Shown here one piece after another: positions 11,301 to 22,966 of a DNA stretch of 32,000 nucleotides; position 1 is the first letter of the stretch, and every line of letters starts with the position of its first letter. Source of the DNA: Candidatus Absconditicoccus praedator (lineage in GTDB: Bacteria; Patescibacteriota; Gracilibacteria; Absconditabacterales; Absconditicoccaceae); NCBI RefSeq assembly GCF_021057185.1, contig NZ_CP054059.1:810001-842000 (forward strand), in the 5' to 3' direction. Position numbers and translations under genes: made by a program. Under the pieces are notes generated by a model that searched no databases, was not told the DNA's origin, and saw only the letters and a list, made by a program, of their open reading frames with translations.

Positions 11301-11869
11301 ATAGATTTTTTGGAGAAATAGAAGATGATCAAATAGTGAATGATTGAGTTATGACTATGTTGCTTAATTTATCAAATAAATGATATATAGATCATATCTC
11401 ATCAAATAATATATGAGCTAAGTATGCTTTTGAGTTGTCTGATGAGGAGTTGAAACTGGCTGAATGAGTTGATGAAGATAATGTAGACTTAATCAGAGCA
11501 AAAATTTCTGTACCAAGATACTGGGAAGATAATATATGAGAGTATGTAAATGTGATAGTTGAATTGTTTGATTATAGGATCAGGAATAATCCCGAGTATG
11601 CGATTTCTGATATTGCAAGTATATTGTGAAAACAGGTAGATTCTCAAGAAGTAGCTAGTTTAGCAAATTCTATAATGGAATGAGCTCATTTTGGTATTGC
11701 AAGCATAGAAAATCTTGATTATGAAGAAAGAAATGTTTTGACAGAATATTTGTGATTGATAGAGCTAATGGAGACAAATCAGCATAATTATTCTCAAGCA
11801 ATTCATTGATTGGTAAATAGAAGTATTTCAGGCTCTTCTCAAATAATTACTCTTGGTGTAGAACATTAG
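8369..11869 (+). CDS. Very large polytopic integral membrane protein of unknown function (1166 aa); possibly GT-C-like, which is speculative
   Basis: Single table-25 ORF. It opens after TAA at 8354..8356, the first ATG is 8369, and it ends at TAG 11867..11869. I verified the frame at four internal points and against track ORF 10007..10216. It has a long block of hydrophobic helices (8369..~9950) and an acidic, Cys-containing soluble loop (~9950..10580). A second TM block spans ~10580..10900 and a soluble C-terminal domain of about 320 aa follows. Loop motifs such as YPTAWDANHAYMF and AVMAKPTAFLD are reminiscent of GT-C glycosyltransferase loops, but this is not a secure assignment. Confidence 0.8.
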
Positions 11870-11936
11870 TTAGAATACATTATAAATGTTGATATATAGG
11901 TAATTTTTCAAATATTTTATCATTAAATTATAAATA

Positions 11937-12917
11937 ATGAAAAGAGTTCTTACATGAATAAAGCCAACTGCAGAAAATCTTCATTTATGAAATTATTTTG
12001 GATCTATTAAATATATGTTGGAATTTCAACAAAGTTGAGAATATGATAACTTTATGTTTTTGGCAAATATGCATACTCTTACTCAATTGCATAATTCAGA
12101 AGATATTAAAAAAAATACACTAAATCTTATAAGAACATATTTGGCAAGTTGACTTGATCCTCAAAAAACAACTATTTTCAATCCCGCCAAAATCCCTGCT
12201 CATGCACAATTAAACTGGGTGCTTTCTTGTGTTACAAATATCTGATATATGAAAAGAATGCATGCATACAAGGATGCATTAGCTAAAAATACTGAAGAAA
12301 ACATAACAGTATGAACATTTTGTTATCCAATATTGATGGCTGCTGATATTATTTTGTATGATGTGGATTATGTACCGGTATGAAAAGATCAAAAACAGCA
12401 TGTAGAGTATGCAAGAGATATTGCAGCTAGGTTCAATAATATTTTCAAACCAGATTTTTTCAAGCTACCTAATCCTTGGATACAGCAATCACTTGCTACT
12501 ATACCTTGAATAGATTGAAGAAAAATGTCAAAATCTTACAACAATTATATATGACTTTTTGATGATGATAAAACAATATTTAAGAAAACAAGGGCTATTC
12601 CAACTGCAAGTATCCCGGTGCAAGAGCCTAAGAATCCTGATGAATGTAATGTTTATAATATTTTGAAGTTGTTTTTATCTGATGATGAAGATAAGAATAT
12701 AAGAGAAGGTTATGAAAAATGATGACTTTCATTTAAAGAAGTCAAAGATTTGCTTTATGAGAAATTAGTTGAGTTTATTTGACCAATAAGATATAAGTCT
12801 AGTGAAATTTCAGATGAAGAAATTTTAAATATTTTGGATCAATGAACCAACAAAGCTGCTGAAATTTCTTCGAAAAAGATGTTAGAGATAAATAGATTGG
12901 TTTGATTTGATTTTTAA
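11937..12917 (+). CDS. trpS: Tryptophan--tRNA ligase (326 aa)
   Basis: ATG at 11937, TAA at 12915..12917. Sequence MKRVLTGIKPTAENLHLGNYFGSIKYM... (class I HIGH-region variant; the G of HLGNY is TGA at 11988..11990), ...[35 protein letters not shown]..., and the KMSKS loop (GIDGRKMSKSYNN). Confidence 0.93.
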
Positions 12918-13002
12918 AAATACGGTTTAGTTTTATTGATTTTTAATGTCTTGAATTTTTTAATTAATTTTTAGTAAATATATATTAGACCTTTTCCAAA
13001 AT

Positions 13003-13030
13003 TTGACAAAAATTAAGTATTAATTATACT
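13003..13030 (+). promoter_or_regulatory. Sigma-70-type promoter candidate for the 1568-aa gene (TTGACA-N16-TATACT)
   Basis: ttgaca at 13003..13008, tatact at 13025..13030, 36 nt upstream of the ATG at 13066. It shares the extended motif tttgacaaaa with the promoters at 19897 and 27890. Confidence 0.55.
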
Positions 13031-13065
13031 TTTATATTATAAATATAAATTATAAAAAATGAAAA

Positions 13066-16000
13066 ATGGTAGAAGATAGAGAAAATAGAGAACTTATAGA
13101 TGAAGAAACGCAACAAAGAAGACACCAAGAAACCAAAAATGCTGCAATAAAAGCAATATTTTATAGTTTTGAGGAATTTAGAGAAACTAGGGGATTTTCT
13201 GCAACAACTAGTATATGAAGTATGTTTAATCAATTTTTAGTTTTTTTGAAAGACAAAAACAAAGTAAGTATTATAGATAATCTAAAATCAGCACTTTGAA
13301 AGGAAGAATTAACTTTTGATGATATAAAAGATTTGTATCTGCCATGAAAATGGACTCTTGAACAGATTTTAAAAAGTAAGCTTGAAGAAAGATTTACCAA
13401 AGAATCTAAAAAGGCAATAGTAGATTCTTTTTTGGATCAATCAATTTTTTTAATAGAAAACTTGAAAGATACTAACTGAAATAATATATTTAAAAATTCT
13501 GATAAGTCGACTTTTGAAAAATATTGTTATAAAAACTTTGAAAATTTAACATCTTTTAAAAATGCTTTAAAGCAATTTCTAAACAGTGAAGATGTGAATC
13601 TTTCATTAGAAAATAAAAAATTGTTTTTGAAAAATCTTAATGTTTCAAATGAAGCAATTTTAAAAAAGTTTGGAGGATATGATACTACATTTGAAAATAT
13701 ACTTGAAAAGTCAATTTCTTCTCAAAGTAGAGATATGGTAGAGCTTGTTGAGTGATTGTTGCAGTTGGAAAGCACAGCATATATAGATCAAATAGTAGGA
13801 GACTTGGAAGATGTGTCATATCACTTGAGATATTGATATGATTTGAATATTTGAAAGGTATTTGATGGTACACCATTGCCAAAAAAAGAAAAATCATTTT
13901 TTTTAAATAAATCTTCACTTTTCCCATCTGGATTCAACATAAACAAAATTTTTGCAGACAAAGATAATAAAAAAATTATTTTGATGAACCTTATTGTTTT
14001 ATATAAAGAATACCAAAAAATAAATTCGGAACAATATGAGTCATTGAAACAATTGCTAGTTGAGTGAAAAAGCTTTAATGAACTTACACAAGATAATCAA
14101 AAAATTCTAATAGATCTTGTATTTCAAAATTCTATAGAAAATAAACTTGGATTAATTAAAGATTTGTATAATTTTGAAAGTGTTTCAGAAATGAGTCAAC
14201 ATGTTCAAGATTTTCTAAATCCTAAAAAACAAGATTTTTTTGTAAATATCTGATGAGAAACCAAAAAGCTTAGAATGTCAAAAAATTATTTTGTTACTTG
14301 AAATGGTTTTGAAAATCCTTTAGATATTAGTGACTGGAAACTTTGAATTGATTTTTCTATAAATAAAGAAGAAAGTGATGAAGAGTTTGTGGACTTAATA
14401 AGAAAAATTAATTGATGAATAGATGATAGATTGAGTAATGATAGTATTATTTATATTATTAATTTTCTTGCTTGAGTGGAAAAACTTAAGAGTGAGTGAT
14501 TTCCAGATGAAGTAATTGAAGAAGCAAATCAAATCTATTTAGAAAATGCAAGTTGAGTAGAAAAGATAAGAGAAAGATTTGAAAAGGATTTATCTTCTAT
14601 AAGATTTAAAAAAAATTTATGACAAAAAGTTTGATTTGATTCAAATTGATACTTTTCATTTGATGTAGATTATTTGAAACAACAAACTTGAGTAAGTGTG
14701 ATATCTAATGAATCTTGAATATTTTTTAAGGTTGATGAGTCAGATTGATATCTTAGTGAAGATGAATTTAGAAATGAATTTCCAGAAAAATATAAAATTC
14801 TTTCTTCTTTTGTAAGACTTCATAGTCAGCATAAAAGGCATTATAAGTGTTTGTTTGCATTATGATTTTGAAATTGAATAGATATTTGAGGTAAAAAGTT
14901 TTATTGATTTGATATTGTGGATTTAATAATTAGAAGAGAGCAGCTGTCACAACACTTTAAAAATAATCTTTTGGATAATTTTGCAGAAATTTTGTCAGAA
15001 AGATGAATTGATCCTACTATAATCACTAATACAAATGATGTTTTCTTGTATGATAAAAATTTTTGGGAAAGTTTAGAGAGAAATCTTTATGGTTCTTCTG
15101 ATGATATAGCATGAGGTTTTGACGAGGAAAATTGAATTGCAGAGTCTGAACAGGAAATAGAGTTTGCACAAAGGTATGAAAATTTTAAAAAAATGTGGAA
15201 AGATTTTGAGTGAGATGAGTCTGCTGAGTTTGGAGAATGAGCAATGCTTATGATAAGAGTTTGAGAATCCAATTTTAAGTGATGATGAAATAACTGGGGT
15301 GTCTTAAAGATAAATTCAATTAGTAGACCACAATCAGAATATGATAAATGAAGTATTGAAATAAGATTGTGGTGCTCGGAAACCTGAGAAAACTATGATA
15401 TACAAACAGAGTTTAATGATGAGCACTTAAGAAATATATTAAGACAAGATCCTGTATATGATTCTGTAATAAAAATGTCTGATGATTATTCTGTTAGAAA
15501 AAGAGAGTTTCTTGACTATGTGAAAAATCTTTCTGTGAAATCTGATTATAAGAGTTTGAAATCTACCAAAGATAAATGGATAAATATACAAGAGAAATCT
15601 TCTAAATTTGTAAATTCAACTACATGAGAAGAGATAAAATATGTATGAAAAGGTCATTCTGAATTTGATGAAAACGGAGAGCAAAAACCTTATGGTCTTT
15701 TATATAAAGTTGAATTTAATGATAATTTTGTAGTTGTTTCTGATAGAAACTGATGATCTAAATTTAATATGACATATCCAGAATTTTATGTTTTTTGTTC
15801 TGACAAGTCTTTGAATCCTTATACACAGGAACAGGCAGAAACACTTAATAAAAAATATTGAGATTCTCCAAGAGATAAATGATGATGGAATTTTTATTCA
15901 GTTGGGGCTGCTATTATGTCCTTCAAGTCTATAAAGGATAATTTTTCTCAAAAATGGAAAAGAACAGAAGAATTGGCATCTTCAAAACTATATTCTCAAC

Positions 16001-17772
16001 TTCTTGATAATAAATTATCACATACATTTTTAAAATGACAAATTTTTGATGAGCTTAGGAATGAGGCTTTTTCAGAGTTTGATAGTAAGATTTGGAGCAT
16101 AATAAGTGGTTATAAAGATGGTTTGAGTCGTGATTGAGGTGTTCATGACTCAAAAGTGGTTTGAGTTATAGAAAGCCAAGTTTTAAAAAAGAAAAATATT
16201 TATAAATCAAACCCATTAAAGGCTGCTGCATATTTTCTTTATGCTGTAGAAAACGGTGGATGACCTTATTTTAGAAAATTAAAGAAATATGCTTGACAAT
16301 GAGTTTGGGTGGAGTCAATATTATGACCAGAGCATTTAGATATGTTTAAGACTCAATATAAAGCTCTTCTAGATGAAGCATCAAACAATCCTAGTAATTG
16401 AGAGATACTAAATAAACTTGCAAGAGCAGAGATAGAATATGTAGTTGATGTTACAAAGGAGAAAACATATAAATTTGGTTCTAATTATGGTTGAAAACTT
16501 GAGTCTGCAATGAACAATAATTTATTTAGTGTGGGTAAATCAAAGGAAATATATGAAGACCTGTCTAAAAAATCTGATTTTTCAACGGTGTTGGATGAAT
16601 ATTTATGACTTATGAAAGGTAACATGCCAGCCAAGCAAGTATGATGACTGAGAGCATTGTCAGAAAAAATTGATGATGAGAGTCAGTACTGAAAATGGTT
16701 TATGGCAATGCTTCTGCCAATATTATCTTGACAATCAACTTATTGATGGGATGCAAATTTAAAGTCAGAGTATCTAAAAATTGCTTGAACAAATGCTTTT
16801 CCTATGTGAATGTATATAAATGAAATGGACTGACCAGGTAAGGTTGTTAAGATTTTGGATCTTGTTTGTGAAAAAAGAAATATTACTTGAAAAGATAAAT
16901 TTTCTGAGTTTGTATGATGGGATGAGAGTCATCTTTATTGAGAATGATTTTGAAGTAATTATGAAACTATGATAAATAAAATAATATCTTGGTGGGATAA
17001 GCACTGACAGGAAGTGATACCTCTTCTAAATCTTGAAAACATATCTCAAGAGGATTCTATTATAAAAGATATTTCTAGACTCTCAAATAGAGAATCTCCA
17101 ACTGAAGAAGATAAAGCAAAAAAGAGCATACTAGAAGATTATAAAGAAAAAATAATAGATAAATGAAAAGATGCATCTTTTGATCAAATGGATCCTAATG
17201 AAGCAGTTCAATATAAAAAAGCTATATTTAACATGTCTCCAAAGGTTGTGGAAAAAACAATGCTTTCATTTAGAGGATGACAATTTCAAAATCTTTTGGG
17301 AAGATGATTGTGGAAAATATTAAACTGAAAACTTAGTTCTCTACTATCTCAGGATGATTCAGAAACTTTTGAGTTTGTGTTTTCAAAATACATTACTTGG
17401 TTTGCAGATAAGCATCATCCACAAAAATATGAGTTGATTCATATGTTTTTAAAAGAAAATAAAGAAAACCTTGAAGATGATATTAAGACAATGTTGGTGT
17501 CTACATTTGGTTGATATTACAATTTGCATGCAGATGTAGAGGAGTGACTTTCTAAATTTGCAAAATATTTTTCTAAAAATATTAATAGGATGGATAATGC
17601 TAAAAGAAAGTCATTTGTCAAAAAAACAATATGAGCAGATGCTTATGAAGAGTATGTTTCATGAGATTGAAGAAAAAAGGCAAAAGAAATATACTCAAGA
17701 GCAGAAACTCAAAAGAGAAAAATGTGATGACAGGTAGATGAGGATTTGCTGCTAGAACAAGACTTAATTTAG
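13066..17772 (+). CDS. Giant soluble orphan protein (1568 aa); no family recognised
   Basis: Single table-25 ORF. In-frame TAA at 13021..13023, first ATG at 13066, TAG at 17770..17772. Length is divisible by 3, and I verified the frame at 13876, 14401, 15298, 16501 and 17401. It is K/E/D/N/F-rich. I could find no transmembrane segment, signal peptide, Walker motif or other catalytic signature. Confidence 0.8.
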
Positions 17773-17791
17773 TTTATAATCATACAAGAAG

Positions 17792-18733
17792 ATGGATACA
17801 GCACAAGAAACAGCACAAGAATGAGGAGAGTTTGGTCTGAATATGATATTAGAAGCAGGTATACTTAGTTTTTTGGGAAAAATGCTATTAGCAATTATTG
17901 TTTTTGTAGTACTATTAATGATAGCAAAAGCAGTTTCTGCTTCTGTAAGGAACAGGGTTGTTGAAAATACTGTTGTAGATGATGATGAGTATTCAAAAAA
18001 AGTATGAGATCTTATAGGAACATTGACTTATTACACTTGAGTAGTTTTATCAATGTTTATAGGTCTTCAGATAGTTTGATTTGATATATGAATTTTGCTT
18101 GGATGAATATCAGTAGGTTTGTGATTTGCATTCAAGGAAGTTTTGGGTAATTTGTTGGCGTGAGTTTTGATACTTACTACCAAAGAGTTTAAGCTGGGAG
18201 ACAATATAGAAATTCAAGGTTCAAATAATTATTTTTGAACAATTGAAGAAATAACTATGAGATATACAGTCTTGAGAGGGCTTGACTTGAGAAGAACAGT
18301 AATGCCAAATCTTGAACTTATTACCAATCCTGTTATGACATTTACATCAGAAGATTTATTGAAATTGAATACTACTGTAATTGTATGATACTGAACAGAT
18401 CTTGATAGGGCATCTCAAATAGCTTTGGAAGCTGTAAACAATCTTGAAGTTGTTAAAAATAAAGATGAAAATAAAACAATGATAACTAATTTAAAAGATA
18501 GTGATTTTGGTACTAACTGAGTAGAGATAAAAGTAATTTTCCATGTAGAACCATGAGGTGACGTAAAAGGTCCTTGATGACCAATTTCTCAGGCCAATAA
18601 AGCTATATATAATGCATTTATAGAAAATTGAATTAATATTCCTTATCCTCATACAAGTATCACTGTTGATAAAAATGACAAAAACCTTCTTGGTAGTGCT
18701 ATGTATGTTATTAATAAATCAAGAAATAGTTAG
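17792..18733 (+). CDS. MscS-family small-conductance mechanosensitive channel (313 aa)
   Basis: ATG at 17792, TAG at 18731..18733. It has three N-terminal TM helices. The pore-helix/beta-domain signature is GGISVGLGFAFKEVLGNLLAGVLILTTKEFKLGDNIEIQGSNNYFGTIEEITMRYTVLRGLDLRRTVMPNLELITNPV. Confidence 0.88.
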
Positions 18734-18967
18734 AGATCACTTTTAAAATAGAAAATTTTAGCTTTTAATTTAATAAAAAGAAAAAGTTTTTTCTTTCAAA
18801 AACATAATTGTCTACTATGATTGCACCTTCTTTATGGTCTGTTTGTATTGTGCATAAATTATACTAAAGACTCTAATTAGAAAATGCTGTAAAAATTATA
18901 TAAATAGTTTTTTACTAAAATTAAAAAAATTTTTATTGTTTGAATGTAATTATTATTTGATGTATTA

Positions 18968-19777
18968 TTATAATTTACTGAATAAATATGCTGTGATTAT
19001 TCATAAAATAAACATTAGTAAGTTTATTATGGTTGGTTGTTCTATAGCTTCATTTGGAAATATTGAATAAAGACTTCATAGGATTAGTCATACAATAAAA
19101 GTATATGTAATATCTTTATGGTTTTCAAATAGATATTTTATCAATCTCACTATTGTAAGAATTCATAATATAGCTCAAACTCATATAATTAAGATTCATT
19201 CTAATATAAAGTTTTCTACTATATGTATGATATTATAATACTCTCATATAATAATCAACAACATAGATCCAGAAAATCATGGTATAATCATCGCTGAAGC
19301 AGCTATCATTCAGCTTATTAGAAGTTTTATTCAATATAAAAAATCAATATTTATTGTGTTTTGATTTTCAACTGTTTCGGTATTAAGTCAAATATTTAAA
19401 AATAACACTATTAATATTGCAAAAACCAGTAAGAAAAAATTTTGTAACGAAACTTTTTTATTTGAGATTTGCTTAATTAAAAATGGAACAGATCATAATA
19501 CAAGTCAAAAAAATATTAAACTTACTTGTGTTTCATATTGTTCTAGTAAAAATCATAATACTTTTGCAAAAATAAATATTCATATAATAGCTCCTATAAA
19601 TATATTAAATAAAAATAAAAAATCTTTTTTTGAAAAAGTTTTTAAAAAATTCCATATTGAATTTATAAGTTTTTCATAGATTCAAAAAATAACAGCTAGA
19701 GTTCATCATGATAGTCATGGTACTATATTTGCTATTCAAATGAAAAATCATTTTATAAAAGTTTTTATTGCATTCAT
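18968..19777 (-). CDS. DUF368 family membrane protein (PopT-like candidate polyprenyl-phosphate translocase), 269 aa
   Basis: ATG at 19777, TAA at 18968..18970. It carries the duplicated signature of DUF368: GFFIGIANIVPGLSGGTLAVIFGIY in the first half and MIIPGFSGSMLLIIIGEY in the second. The rest of the protein is hydrophobic throughout. Confidence 0.85.
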
Positions 19778-19896
19778 AAAATATATTGTTAAACTTAAAT
19801 AAGTAACTTTATAAAAATAAAAATAAAAAAATCAACAATATAAATAGTATTTTATTATAAAAGTCAACTATTTGCAGTAAATACATTTTTATAATT

Positions 19897-19924
19897 TTGA
19901 CAAAAAATTTTTTTTTTGTAAAAT
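19897..19924 (+). promoter_or_regulatory. Sigma-70-type promoter candidate for the sortase cluster (TTGACA-N16-TAAAAT)
   Basis: ttgaca at 19897..19902, taaaat at 19919..19924, 44 nt upstream of the ATG at 19968. Confidence 0.55.
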
Positions 19925-19967
19925 ATATTTATTGAACTATTTAAATAAAAACAAAAATCACAATAAA

Positions 19968-20963
19968 ATGAATCAAGTAAAACTTCAAGATTTATGAAGA
20001 AAAAAAACATCAAAAATTAAAGAAAGTAATTATAACTCAAAAAAAACCAAGACTACTTATTCAAGATGAAAATCAAAATTTAACTTTTTTTCAATATTTG
20101 GTGAACTTTTTAGGTTTTCTATTGTTTTGTCTGTAGTTACAATATGATGAATAATCTTTGTAAACATGAATCTTTTTTATTATACCTTTAAGGAAACTTT
20201 TTTTTCTCATGAAATTTATGCTGGTGATTCTTCTTTTGCTACTGTAGAAGACTTTTCAAGTTTTAATCAACCAGAAAAATCTGAAAACAATTCATCTAAT
20301 ATTCAAGATCAAGATAAAGTACAGGATGATAGTTTTAGTGGGATAGAAGATGAAAAAATCCGCTGAATGGTAGAAGATTGACTTTCACAGGTAGATTCTG
20401 AAGATAATATAGAAAACAGAAAAAATATGAAAGATATTTTAAGGACAAATTTTAATGACTATTCTTTTGATTTTAATCTAAATCCGCCTGATAATAGAAT
20501 AATAATTCCTTCTATATGAGTAGATGCTCCTATTGTAGATGTTGATTATGTAAATCCTCAAAAAATGGCAGAAGCTAATTTTGAAGAAGAATTATATGAT
20601 GGTGTAGTGAAATATCCTTTTACACCTTCTCCTGAAGATGATTGAAATATGTTTGTTTTTTGACATACAAGTTATTATCGGTGGAGAGATAATGATTATT
20701 GAGAAGTTTTCGCAAGAATACCAAGATTGGATGATGGTGATAAAATAAAAGTCCTTTGGTGATGAAATCTTTATAAGTATGAAGTTGTTACAAAGGCAAT
20801 AAGACGGCCAGCTGAAGTATGAGATTTTTATGAAGAGCATAGAGATTGAAATTATATAACATTGATGTGATGTTATCCTATTTGATCAAATGCTCAAAGA
20901 ATCTTGGTTATGGCAAAACAATTAGAAGAAGTAGAAAGTGATGAAATTGTCTTTAAAAATTAA
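19968..20963 (+). CDS. Sortase-family transpeptidase with a long basic N-terminus and a TM anchor (331 aa)
   Basis: ATG at 19968, TAA at 20961..20963, in frame with track ORF 20166..20366. TM: FRFSIVLSVVTIGGIIFV. Sortase blocks: RIIIPSIGVDAPIVDV, catalytic His in NMFVFGHTSYY, catalytic Cys in YITLMGCYP (TLxTC-like), and the downstream Arg in AQRILVMA. Confidence 0.8.
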
Positions 20964-20971
20964 AAATAAAA

Positions 20972-22966
20972 ATGAAGTATTTGTTGCTTATATGCTTATT
21001 ATTAGTTTCTTTTTCAGTTAGTGCAAATCAGTCTGATAATATAGATAAGGTGGATTGACTTACTGGAGAAGTATCAGATATGAATGTAGATGATCTAATA
21101 GAAGAAGAATCTTTTTGAGATACTACAAATCCAATAGAAAGCTTTAGGGAGTCTCAATTTGAAGCTATAGCCCCTTTATTGCAATCAAATTGAAATTGAG
21201 CAAGATTGGATACTCAAAAAGCTCAGGATAGATTAAATGAGCTAAATTCTAGTTTTGAGCATGTTATATCTGATATCGAGTCTGTGCAAGCAAGAAAAGA
21301 TAGAATTCAGTCAAGATATGAAGATATAAGAAATTGAATTATAAATATAATTAGAACTTCAAGAGAAACTAAGCATAATATAAAACAAAGAATTTCGGCG
21401 GTAAGAGAACTAACTTATAGGATAAATAAGCTAGAAAAAAGAGTTGATTTTTTAAGGAATGAAATAGGTCAAACTAAAGAAGAATTGGCTTCAAACATAT
21501 CAGTTTTGTATAGAATTAATAATGATTATTACTGATCTTCTGGGCAAATTGATAGTATAAGACTCTTAGCAAACACTGATAATATAGCATCTAGTCTTTC
21601 ATCTGAGGATGTTATGAAGTCTATGATGTATCATACAGATGATTTGATGGAGTTGTTGTGAGATAGAAAAAAAGCCTATGAAGAAACGGTTGGTAGATAT
21701 AATGATTACAGAACAAGATATAGAAAAGAAGTTCAAAATTATAAATGAAAAATAGAAGAATATGAGCAACAAAAAGAAAACCTTAAAAAGATAGTAGATT
21801 TTCTACAAGAAGATAGAGAGTATACACAAGAAGAATTTCAAGATCTTGTAGATCAAAAGGAAGCAGTGAAAAATAGAATTTCTCTAATAAAAAATTATGA
21901 ATCATCTATGAGTAATGAAGCCTTGTCAGTATCTGGTGTTGATTTATCAAAACTTTATGAAAACTCTGAAAGACCAGATGAATGAAATTTTTTCTCTTGG
22001 CCTGTGTTGCCAGTAGAAAGATTTTCAGCTTTTTTTGAAGATGATGATTATAAGGAAGTTCATTGAACAGATCATAATGCAATAGATGTGGTTGTTGAAC
22101 AATGAACAGAAGTTTATGCACCTGCAAACTGAGTTGTTTATAAAGTAGTTAACCAGGATGGTCCGTGATTGAATTGGTTTGTAATGGCCCATAAGCATTG
22201 ATATATAACTGTATATTTACATATGCAAGATATATTTGTGCAAAAATGAGATTATGTTGATAGATGAGAGTTGATATGACTAACAGGTTGAACTCCATGA
22301 ACAAGGTGAGCCTGACTTCTAAGTAGTTGACCTCATCTGCATTTTGAAGTTATACAAGATGGTGAGTATATAGATCCTTTGGAAGTTTTGGATCTAAGTG
22401 TTGTTAAAGATAGAAGAGCACTTCCTAAGGAATACCAAGTAAAGTATATGGAGGATAGGCTTTCAAGAAGTTATGATATGTCAGGTATTAGTTATGCATC
22501 TTGAGACACTGTGGAAGAAAGGAGAAAAGATTATCTTGCAAGAAATGCAATATGACCTTACTCTGATGTTGAGCTTTGGGAGGCAGCATCTCAATGAACA
22601 GATGTTGATATAGATTTTGGTATATGTATAGCTGCTGCAGAAAGTGGTCTTTGAAGAAATATGACTACAGAATGGAATGTATGAAATGTATGAAATAATG
22701 ATAGGTGAGATAGAATTGGTTATGATACTCCAGCTCAATGAGCAAGAATGATATATCTAACACTGGTGAATAGTTTTTTATGACATCATAATACTATAGA
22801 CAAGCTGTCTAGATGGTGAAATAAAGATTGATCTATATATGCTAGTAGTCCTAAAAATTGGCAAAAAAATGTTTCAAGATGTTTATCAAGTATTAAATGA
22901 TACTGGGTGCCAGAGGATTACCCTTTTAGGAAAGCAACCCAAATGGATGATATTGCTGCAAGATAA
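20972..22966 (+). CDS. Secreted coiled-coil M23 metallopeptidase fused to a C-terminal lysozyme-superfamily (FlgJ/glucosaminidase-like) domain (664 aa)
   Basis: ATG at 20972, 8 nt after the sortase stop; TAA at 22964..22966. Signal peptide: MKYLLLICLLLVSFSVSA. A heptad-rich region of about 250 aa (EnvC-like) follows. M23 core: HGTDHNAIDVVVEQGTEVYAPANGVV...WFVMAHKHGYITVYLHMQDI...[35 protein letters not shown]. The C-terminal block FGICIAAAESGLGRNMTTEWNVGNVGNN (22619..) resembles the catalytic-Glu motif of muramidase/glucosaminidase domains. That second domain assignment is tentative. Confidence 0.82.

Noticed and set aside
18777-18796. Hairpin aaagaaaa-agtt-ttttcttt between the convergent mscS and DUF368 genes as a bidirectional intrinsic terminator. 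A similar AT-only hairpin sits at 3153..3172 (ttttatttgaaaaaataaaa).
   Set aside because: The stems are almost entirely A-U with a single G-C pair, so they are thermodynamically marginal. Such structures are expected by chance in this base composition. The one at 3153 is not downstream of any gene end.
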